A stretch of 64,000 nt of DNA from Selaginella moellendorffii (Eukaryota > Plantae > Lycopodiophyta), in NCBI RefSeq assembly GCF_000143415.4, contig NW_003314276.1:248899-312898 (forward strand), in the 5' to 3' direction. The translations under genes were made by a program, and so were the position numbers. Shown here piece after piece: positions 26,590-37,200 of the stretch; positions within the stretch are counted from its first letter, which is position 1, and each line of letters begins with the position of its first letter. The notes under the pieces are model-generated. The model was not told the origin of the DNA, made no database searches, and worked only from the letters and a program-made list of their open reading frames with translations.

Positions 26590-27980
26590 TACAAGAGCTT
26601 CATAACCATGAGAGCTCCACCATGGCTGAGAGCTCTATAACTACAAGAGCTCCACTATGGCCAAGAGCTCCATGGCCCCAAAAGCTCCACTATGGCCGGG
26701 AGCTCCATGGCCACAAGAGCTCCACCATAGTTGAGAGCTCTATGTAAGGAACCAACTCCCTGAGGTGTCGTAGGCTAAAGGATCCCCAAAAGCATGACCA
26801 AAATGACAAAGAGTTCATCGGATGGGACCGAGTCTGAGATCGACTCCAAAACTGACTCTGACACCGAGTTTGAGATAGAGTCCGGGATCGAGTCCGAGGT
26901 TGAATTGGAGACCGAGTTCGAAACCGAGTTCGAGACTGAGTTCAAGACAAAGTCCGAGATCCGAATCAGATCCGAGACCGAGTCCGAGGTCGAGTCCCAA
27001 GTTGAGTCTGAGATCGGGTCCGAGATCGAGTCCAAGACCGAGTCTAAAGTCAGGTCCGAGATCGAGTCCGAGATCGAGTCCGAGACCAAGTCCGAGTATT
27101 AATACAAGTTAAGGGGTGAAAGCCCAAAGTGTGTGTCTCCCAAGGGAGGGGGATGCAGGGGGTTCCAAAAGTATAGTCGGGATAGTGAGGTCCAGGAACC
27201 AGTCTTGAAGGAACTCTCTAGTAGTGCTTCCAAACTGACTTGAGGTTGAGACTAGGGCTGAGGGGCCTTGGGTGGGAGTGAGCATGGACTTGTGTGGTGC
27301 CAGAGGGGCCACCCAAGGAAGTGCTCAAGAGCAACTCCCACTCCCGAAAGGGAAACCGACTGTGGCGCTCTCGGCTCATGTGGAGTGGTGCCCACTTGAG
27401 TACCTTGTGGCTCATTGGTCCTCACCCTTCCTAGGGGCTTGGGCCTTCCCTTCAGGATGGAAGTGGGGGGGTTAGAGGTACCCATACCAGGCCGTTAGGC
27501 CACAGTGTTTCGCCCTGGTGTCCCGAAGCAAGTGTTGCACCTAAGACTTGGGATTTAGAGGGTCCCATGATCAAGTCTTATTGTACCAAGGGGTGTTAGG
27601 AATCTGGAGGCTTAGTGTGCTTGGGTGCTTGTGCTTGCGGGGAGTGTAGCTGAACCTTAAATCCAGTCTAACACAAGGAGGGGGATGGGAGAGATTTGGG
27701 AATCCATGGATGGATGGCTAACACTCCGTTGCTCGTGCAGTGAGTAGCTAAAACCAAATAAGACTAAGGAGGAGCTAGTACAATAGGTGGGAACCTTGGC
27801 AAGGGAACTTAGCAAAAGCCAAGGCAGTGTTGGTCGGATAGACGAGGTAAGCTGGCAAATTGAAAAGGAAAAAATTGTGGCTTACACTCCATGGCCAAGA
27901 GTTCATGGCTACAAGAGCTTCACTGTGACTGAGAGCTCTATAGCTGCAAGAGTTCCATGGCTAAGAGCTCTATGGCCAAG
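26590..27980. repeat. 15-18-bp minisatellite (GAGCTCCATGGCCAA-like) interrupted by a family B solo LTR
   Basis: Tandem AGAGCTCC(AC)CATGGC units at 26590-26742 and 27887-27980. Confidence 0.85.
26743..27886 (+). mobile_element. Family B solo LTR (1144 bp)
   Basis: TGTAAGGAACC...GGCTTACA with TSD CTCTA/CTCCA. Internal GAGTCC/GAGATC hexamer array. Further copies at 43955-44936 and 59314-60690, and a partial copy at ~21795-22143. Confidence 0.88.
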
Positions 27981-28041
27981 GGCTGAATAAAGATTAAACC
28001 TAGTGCTCCAGTGTCTCATATCCTGATCCAACACCTCATAT

Positions 28042-28065
28042 AAGCTCTATTTCGTTAAAGTGGGA
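28042..28065 (+). repeat. Left terminal inverted repeat
   Basis: AAGCTCTATTTCGTTAAAGTGGGA, preceded by ATAT. Confidence 0.95.
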
Positions 28066-28657
28066 TTTATTCAGTAAAATGGGACTAGGTACAAATTTTC
28101 AAGTATTTGAAAATGACGTGAAATTATATGATTTTTGTCCAGGGGCTAGACATATCTGGGGCATGGTGACTAGCGCGGTGACTTTGTGTCCAGACTGAGT
28201 CCATCTGGTTGTATAATAAATCTCATTGTCAAGGTGAACAAGCCGAATCTGAAGCTAAAGAAGAGCGATGGAATGCGCGCACACACTATTTGTTTGTTCA
28301 TTGAGCATGTGGTGAGCTTTCCAAGATGAACGTCATTCCTATTAGCCAGACATATAACTTAATGGTGAGAACATTTAGATATTATTCAATGTTATCTTTT
28401 TCTAACGAATCTAATTGTGAAGGTGTAGCAAGAGGCATTGCTAGTCTGGAGAAGTCATTTAACTCATTTGACCCTTAGTGTATTTTCATGAAACTAAATA
28501 ACATTCATATTATTAAGGAATTTCTCTAGTACCTTTTTTTTACGACATAGAGGCTTGCATTTCTTTCAAAGGTGATTTAGTAAAAGGCCTGAGGGCACAT
28601 GCCATTCTATTTCTCAGACCGGTATTAAGATATACTAGTGCAAAGGGCCACATGCCA

Positions 28658-31600
28658 TCACGCCTCCTCTGATTCAGATTCGGATTGTTCACCTTGAAAT
28701 AAAATACATTAGAAACTTAGTAAAGGAATATTAATGAATCTCACCTTGAACCCGGGTTATGAATGCTCTTGCTGCATCTCTTGCATGGTCTGGCAAGGTG
28801 ATGGTGGCACTCTGCTTCCGCATCCAACCATGCACAACATTATCCACCGATATGCTCATGCTGGGATCCCTTGGATTCAGCACCCATCTCTTTTCTAGGC
28901 AATCCTTCGTATATCTGAAACTTGGCTTGAACCACTCCACAGTTACATTGAAGGAGTTAGTTTCCGCGTCCTCCTCTGCATCAGTGATGCAGCGCCCCAC
29001 CCATATCATTTGTTTTTTATTACTGGGTCTGACAAGCACAACCATTCCTTTGCAGACCTGTACTGGATTGAATGCTGAATCTGGCTTCTTGTTCCTCGGC
29101 CCACAATAGTGATCCTCAACATCATTATCTATCACTGCATTTCCAGAGGACATTGTTCCGCTACTATCTGGTGCTCTGGGTTCTGGCCAAAAGGACTCTT
29201 CCAATTCTTCATATACAACCGGCCCATTTTGGATAGCAAATATAATCTTCTCCCAGTATTCGAGCAAAGGCTTGCACCTCTTAAAATAGGATTCTCCACC
29301 AAACACCAACCCCCTCTTCCAGAAGGCAATATGCTGTCTAATCCCGGCCACTATACTTTCCTGGTCTTTGAGTCCATCTGGGTGCATCGGCCGTGGGGAA
29401 CCCTGAGGAATCATAGGTTCCCCAGTTATGGAATCTCTCTTGAAGAATTCAATGCCATCCACTGGCAGCCACACTGTGTCCCATTCTCTCATCTTGTACC
29501 TCATCACTGGAGCACCGTCACGCATGCTGAAATGAAACTGAAGAGGCTTGGAGTGGCCAATCAGCGTTTTGGATCCGTCCCTGATGTAGCCTCTTACAAA
29601 CCCCTTAAAGTCTGGAACCTCTGTCATAAGTGCAGCTTCAACAGTGCCTTTGATGCAATTTTGGAATTCATCGTAGAGTTGTGGGAGGGTGAGGACATTG
29701 GATCGCCGGAGGGACTCTGCCAGGTGACTGAATATGGCATCGATGTCTTCATGAGTGTGCCCAACCATGAGAAAGCCAAGTGTAACCGTTTCAAATATGC
29801 CTTTGGCAACAAGCATCGCCAAGTACGCGAAGACGTACATGTTTTTGTTCTCACTGCCAGCATTGTCTGTTTGGAGCAGAAGATGGGGTGGAAGGCCACA
29901 TCGGCTGCAAGAACTTCCTTGAGATTCTGCTTCATTTGGATGAGGTTGTGCATTCACCGGGCGACCAGCCTCGTCGGAATGGCATGAGGCCTCACGTGAT
30001 AACCCTACAATCTGACAGCCACCATATTCACTGGGATGGCATGGGGCCCCACGCAATACTGCAAGCCTTTGCTCCTCCTCCAGCTGAACCCTGTATGGGG
30101 TTCGATCGACAAGGGCCTTATGCAAGGGTTGGCCGTTCAGCTTAGTCTGCGCACTTTGCAGAGACCTTAAGTGTTTTGCTAGGGACGCAATCTGCACCCC
30201 CGCCACCCCATAGAGGTACAAAGAAGTTCCTATAGTTCTGGGCACCATGCCCATGAGCGATTATGCCAAACAGAGACACAGGCAGCTGCATGGATGAAGA
30301 GATTGCCTTGGGGGCAGGATTGAGTCGAGGTAAGCACGTCTTTTTCTGGTCCATTTTGTCGTGGATGATGCAGAGGTAAGAGTCAGGTCTCTCCATGGAG
30401 AGAATCCTGTTATGATAATATCCAGTCCTGCAGCTTCTCTGCTCGATGTTGTGGTCGAGCCGCCTTCTAACCAACGTCTCTTGCTCTTGAGCGCTGCAAG
30501 AATTCTTCGACAAAGCCATTTTGATAGCAGTGCACTCGTCACACTTTGAAAAGCTGGAGTACTTTCCTATACTCACATCCCTGAACCTATTGCTCCACAA
30601 TCTACTAAATCTAGATTGGCTCAGCTTCCTGTAGCCATTAGTCTGGAGTTCCCGATTCACATCTTCCAATATGGCCCCCTTGGTATACATGGAAGGGAGA
30701 ACTCGTTGGGTGTCTCGTATTCCATCTTCCAAGAGGCGGGTTTTATGTGGTTGCTGCTCGCTACATGTCTCGACAAACCTCTTGAAGATTGCCTCTCCAT
30801 ATACAACATGACCCCTAGTTTTGTGCGTACCGTCGTTCCCATGGACTGCCTGTTGAACCCTTTGTTCCTCAAACTCAGTTTTGATTCTGTAGAATGTGGT
30901 TCGAGGGACTCCATAAATGATTCTCTATGCCTTCATGCAGACCAAACCCCTCTGGAAGACCATGCCCCCCACCTGATGTTCTGAAGCATCAACAGATGAC
31001 CGTAATGCCTCATACACAAAATTGCGAGCTGCCTTCCAGGACAATGTCTTGTATCTTGCTCTCTCCTCTTCAATAGCATCCCAATCAGCATGTTGACAGC
31101 ACCTCCTCTTGCAACAAGCAACTATCGAGACCATTCGAACCTCTATCGCCATTTTCTGCCTTTTCGGTTCGTTGCTCAGATCCCTTTGGCTGCGCTGTAG
31201 GAAGGTGTACTTTCTTTTCCCATGGAGATGTTCTGTCATCAGTTGTAGTGGTGTTTGATTGTGAATCCTTCACATTCTCAAACACTAAATGCCTCAATTT
31301 CCACTGCACAATGCTTCCAATAGTCAGACTGTTTTCTTCTGTGTCAACAACCTCTAAAATCGCAACTCCAATATCATCCCAGCCCAATTCTTGATTAGCA
31401 ACCGCATCTCTTGGATCGATAACTGTGGCTAAGCCCTCAGCTACCACCTCCCCCTCGGGGTTGTTTAGAAACACCTTTGCCTGAATCCATGTAGCACGGT
31501 TCTTAAGATCCACGGAGGGAACATGCGTCGCACTTGTGCTGTCCCCAACATCTGCTTTCTTCTGCAGATTTTTCAAGGCAACAACAACATTTACCTCGAC

Positions 31601-31789
31601 GACCATCTCTCCTCGTTCAATAGCGACCACATTCCCATCGAAGACAGTCTCTACTGATACAGCAGCATTGCCTTCCCCAAGCCTTTGACAGTGTATAACA
31701 AAGTTCCGATCCATAGACACAAGGGTCCCTTTTGCAACTCTCTTCCCACCATTCAAAATGTAAACCTTTTCCCCAACCCTGAAGGCCAT
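28658..31789 (-). pseudogene. Sola1/DUF7869-like DDD transposase (~1000 aa reconstructed), disabled
   Basis: Motifs CCKRRC, VCMKA(W)RIIYG, FSKCDEC, IIHDKMDQKK, LQTDNAGSENKN and FLMVGHTHEDIDAIFS. ORFs 31085-31849, 30925-31239, 30142-30732 and 28731-30254 join through frameshifts at ~31220 and ~30200 and a TGG>TAG stop at 30925-30927. A probable 52-bp last intron (28693-28744) leads to TGA at 28658. Confidence 0.85.
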
Positions 31790-33071
31790 TCTGAAAGTTA
31801 AGACCATACAAAAAATGATTGGAGAATGGCCTAAATCATAACATACCAAACAACCTCAATAGCATGAGGCCACATGCCATTATTCAAACATGCTATTGAC
31901 ACCCACGTGAAATTTTGCATTCACAAAATTGGCATGAGGCCTCATGCCATCTTGATATACACACAGTTGCAGGCAAGTAAAAACATACATGACAATACGC
32001 TAGCCATGAAATTGCAAGGGCCCAAGATGGCATGTGGCCTCATGCCATTTCTAAATGTGGTCCTAAACCATTCCATGGTGAACATACCAGGAAGCACAAG
32101 TGCCGAATATCAAGAGGAAGCGGTAGCCACACCAAAGACAGTGCCGCTTGCAACACCGCAACTACTCGTAGCGCCGCTCGCAACACCACAACTGCTCGTA
32201 GCACCACTCGCACAAACTGCCACTCGCATAAACTGCCACTCGCAATGGCGCTCACAATGCCGCAACCGCTTGTAGACGCATAAACCACAGCTCACAACGC
32301 CGCTTACACAAGCAGTGCTCACTGCGCTCAGCGGAACCAAGAACACGGCGCACAAAAATGATAGACCTAGGAATGAGTTCGAGAATTCAAAAATAACACA
32401 CGCTTGAACGTCACATCAAATCCTCTGACAAACCAGATCTTATGATTCCTCTGACAAATTTCAAACTGAGTAGCTTCTAGACTTTGCTGTCGGAGGTTGA
32501 ACTTTGTCACATCATGTCCTTGCCTCGATCCAGCTGTGCCATGTCAGTGATTCAAACTTTGCCATGCCATGTCAGCGATCCGCGCCAAGATTATTCGCCG
32601 TGTAAAGGAATAATTATGCTGTGTGTGTACGTCCATTTATGGCAATATAAGGCCACACGCCATTCAAAGAATAATGCTAGTCGAGCATTTTTTGGTGCAT
32701 TTTTGGGTTCAAAATTGCATGAGCCCACACGCTATAAAGTTTACCTGTACCAAAAATAGAAACAGCTTTATTTACTTGGGAATTTAAGTGGTTGAGGCAT
32801 TTTTAAACTTACAAACACATGCCCTACTTACATTCCTTTGGTTGCTTAAAATTCAAAAATATTATAAACCTTTCTTTTTGCATTTTCAATATTTTCAATT
32901 ATGGATTTTGATTTTCGCAGGACCAGCCTAGTAATCTATTTGCATTCCGTCATGTTTATAGCTAGCTTTCGTTTGTCCCCTTCGCTAGCCTGAGATACAT
33001 CTGCTCGGCATCTGCATCTTACAGCATTTGCCCAGAAAGGGCATCTTTCTTCACGCAGCATTTGCCACATG

Positions 33072-33096
33072 TTTAGGGTTAGGGTTTAGGGTTTAG
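33072..33096 (+). repeat. Short interstitial plant telomeric repeat / telo-box cluster
   Basis: TTTAGGG TTAGGG TTTAGGG TTTAG between the two divergent transposon genes. Confidence 0.8.
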
Positions 33097-34286
33097 CAAT
33101 TCAGTAGCTTGATAAACATGCAAATACAGAACTTGATGCAAAATCCTTTGATATGTCACAATGCTCCTAGGACCATAAACACATTTCAATAGAGAGGGTC
33201 CTTTCATTTCATAACTCCTTACGTAGATCTTGGTGAAACCAGAGTTAGTGAGGCTGGTTTCTTGTGATCCCGAATCTGATTGTGATGTCCCTTTGCAGTG
33301 TCGATGGAAAGGTCAATGCACACCAAACTATAGAATCTTGGAGCAAAATAACGGTCGGATCTATGGAAAATGCCCCTGAAACATTGTAAGGCTCGTGTGG
33401 TCTCATGTGGTGTCCGATCGAGATGCTTCTTTGCAGGGTCATCAAGAAGGACATTGTATACCATTCTATAAAATCAAGTTGCGATCTAACGGTTGGATCT
33501 CCAGGAAACTCAAAACAATCTCGCACGTGTTAGAATATTCTAGGAATATACTCTTATGTGCTCCTGAAAATGGCATGTGGCCCCACGCCATTCAAGAGAT
33601 AACGCCAGATGATGCCGAGCATTTTTTGGTGCATTTTTTGGGATCAAAATTGCATGAGCCCACACGCTTGAACATCTGGCATTTTTGGAAATACAAGATG
33701 CTTTGGAATATCCAATCATGCATGGTATAAATATAGCGAGGGTATTAAATGATATCCCAATCATGATCTTTCTTTTGGATTTCGCGTGCATGCAGTCCGA
33801 GGAATGATGACGTTGTGGATTTCTTTTGGATTTCACGCATGCGCGCGGCGATCCAGAAATTAATGGTGGCACCCAAGTCCGAGGAATGATGACATGGCGG
33901 GATTACCAACCGTCGTGACATTTCGCGCGTGTGAGGTTAGGTTTTGCATTTTGCTTCGTACTCGCGCTCGCATCGCGCTCCCACTTCTCTACAGGTTTCT
34001 CGTGTGCATCGGCGTCCACTCGCGCTTGCATCACACTCGCGCTCGCATCGCACTCGCATCGTGCTCGTGTGCATCGGCGTCCACTTCAAGACACACCCAG
34101 TTTGTAACTTCGCCGCCAACTCCGCCGCCCACTCCGCCACCCACACGCAGCCCACTTGGCGTCCCGGGAGATTTCAGCGCCACTCTCCAACTGTAAGTTG
34201 CAGAGTAGCCTTGCTGCTACGATCCGCTGCACACACAGTGCACATTCGCCAGCGAGTCCGGTTGTCACGCCTCCATTCGGCTTCAA

Positions 34287-37200
34287 ATGGTAAGTCTTTT
34301 AGGCCAAGTAGAAAATGGCATGAGGCCACATGCCATTCAGTAGCAACATTAGCATGCACCGATTGGGCTCTCGAGTGCAGTCCGGTTACAGATGGCGTGT
34401 AGCCTCACGCCATCTTAGGATCCAGCCTCAAGACATCTGATGCAGTGGTGAATGGCGTGTGGCCTCACATTATTTCCAGCTGCTAGCTTTTCATCTGTCA
34501 GCTCTAATTGTTGTGCATTTCTGAACAGGCGAGGAATTGCGTTCTTCTTCCAGCCACTATCAATGTGGATGCAGAGAAGGGGGAGGAGCTCACCAGTTGG
34601 ACTTACGGGATGGAAGGCGAGGATCTGAGGCTGTACAACACAGATGGTGGGAGAAAAGAATGCATGGGGATCCTCATCCAAGTGACAGACACTCCATGCA
34701 GTTCCATGCAAGAATATGGACTGGCACTTGTGGTAGAGACAGCGTCTGCCTTCAAGATCCACCTTGCACATCCTAGCGGCTTCCCGGAGGGGGGCAGCGG
34801 CTATGAGGAATTCCTAGAGGGAGCTAGGGAGAGGTTGTCCAGGAGGCCCACAATTTCAAAGGCGCTGCGGGTCTATGAAGATCACATGGAATCCACGAAC
34901 CTCACCTACGGCGATGTTCAAAAACTATATTCCAACATTGAGCCGTTGAGAGTGACTCCAGTTCGTGAAGCGAAGGGGAAGGGGGTCGATCTGGAAACTA
35001 CCCCGAAGCAGAAAAGGGTGGTCAAGCTCAAGCCGACGTCCGACTCTCCTCCAAAAAAGAAGCTACTCGGTGATGCCATTGCCTCGGGTTCGAACACTAC
35101 ACCCACCAAAAAGAAGAGCCGCAAAGAGCAGAAAGAGCAAGAAGAGGCAGCAAAAATCGTCGCAGATAATAGTACTTGTTACTATTCCAACAAAGTATAT
35201 ACAATCGACGTGAGCCGTATCGACATCCAAAGCAAATACAACCACAGGCTAGTATCTGATGAGTGGGTGGAGAAACTGAAGCAGAAGATGCTGGCAAGTC
35301 CAGTAACACCCGACATCGCAGACGTGATCCCCTACTACCGAACAATGAAGGGCGAGATGAGGTTTCCAGACTTGATCAATAGGAAGGTGTTGGACGATCA
35401 GAACATCCGGTTCTATGCCGTCTCCGGGCAGCATTCTAGCTTGGCGATGCAAGAGATAGTTGTGGATATTATGGTGGGCGAGGAGGTGAAGAAAGTCTTC
35501 AAGACAAGAGTTGTCCGCCTGATAAAAGGCAACTCGCCCCTCCGATCTATCATATACATCTCCCACGCGCAGAATGTCAAGCAAGAAACGTGCTACAAAT
35601 CGGGTCTGCACGAGACATTGGCACGAACACGGAAGCTCTGGGTTCAACTGAAGAAGCCACAAAAACCAGGACAAGGACGTGCACTAGCAACTAGCGCCTG
35701 GCAGGTAAGCCTCGTTGCATGTGGCATAGCATGTGGCCTCACGCCATTTCCATTGTAGGAATTCTCGAGTCTTCTCTCGAAAACACTGGGGGTCAATGAC
35801 ACACTCAGCATCCATAACATTCTACTCGCGACAAAAGTTGTTTTTGACAAATGGGTAGATGTGCTGAGGAGGTACCATGACGGGGAGTTGCCAAACTCAA
35901 TGGGTGTGGAGGACGGCCGGAAGCCCAATGATTTGAAGCTCAACGCCTTGCGTTTCTCGCGGTCTCTAGACGACGACGACCTTCTGACAGTGGCTAATGC
36001 TCTTCTACGTGGTGAGGTAGTCTTCAACAAGACCAAAATGACTCCCGGCCATATTGTGACATACGAGGACTTGTGCACGACTCTTAGAGCTCATGCGCTA
36101 TTGAAGGATTGGATCTTCGAGGAAGTGGCCGTGGAGAGGGTGAGCATCGACACCACGCAAGAGATGATGGAAGCGCTGGATTTGTCAAATGAAGATATCG
36201 ACGAGTACATGAAGGGGGCCCCCAAGTTCATCAATCTGCTGCGGAATGCCACGAAAAGTAAAGCTGAGAAGTTGGATCAGTATCCAAATTTCATTAAGAT
36301 TGATGTCGACCGCCGACTTCAAAAACAGCTTGACCCCGCAGCAGAGGCCTATCGAGAACCTTACCAGGTATACTTGAATTCGGATGAGGATCAAAGGTGG
36401 AGGAGCATCGTTTCCCGCGGAGATGAGCAGGTCAAGAACATCTTTTGTGTGATGGACTTCACAAACGAGGAGATCACTCATGCAGACGAAGTCAGCTCCA
36501 TCATTGACTTAATGGTGGGACTTGCGGAGGTGGAATCTTTAGTCCACTATATGATCTACGACTCCGAATCCTATCACAAGTTCTGGAAGGCCTTGAACGA
36601 GGTGAAGGCTCGGTTGAAAGGCAAGGAGATGCGGTAGATCCATGGGATAATGGCTAAGAAGAAGATACCGACGAATGTCCGCATCTTCACACTTGCCCTT
36701 GTTATTGGTCCTGCAGCAGAGTGGGACTGGAGTGACTTCCCAGCTTCGTTCGACAAGGCCAATCGAATTGATCTGAGGGAGGTCAATATACCCGTGCCTG
36801 AGGAACTAAAGACGGCTATGGAGCTTTTGAATCCAAAGAAAGCTCCAGGTGCAGCATGGGAAATGCTCAGTTGGGTCTTCAACGCAATAGCGGGTGGGTC
36901 ACCTGCTTCCGACTCCAAGGGCAAATGCGTTGTCGAGTACAACTGCGGCGGACTATTCTTTCGAGCCGCACTACTCAAGGGTGTCCCGTGTGTTGCGGTG
37001 ACAAACTCCATTGAAGAGGTGACTTCAATGGAGCATATAATTACAGTTGCCAAAGAAAAACAGTATCTTCTCTGCGAACCTGGTGAGTACACACTTTAAG
37101 TTTAAATGTTATCTCACAAGCTCTGTATGCAGGAGCGTGGCCACCCCCAGATGCTGAAACGGCGTTAACAGCTACTGTTGAAGATACCCATGTTGGGCCG

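Noticed and set aside
28038-28065. 28-bp TIR including ATAT with no TSD (or a TA duplication as in Tc1/mariner)
   Set aside because: ATAT is self-complementary, so this cannot be excluded from sequence alone, but the Sola-type transposase motifs favour a 4-bp AWWT duplication.
29109-29987. 292-aa plus-strand ORF and other antisense ORFs over the transposase and cargo genes
   Set aside because: Shadow ORFs opposite recognisable coding sequence, with no motifs.
33072-33096. Chromosome end or fusion scar
   Set aside because: Only ~3.5 units inside a transposon; better explained as telo-box-like sequence.
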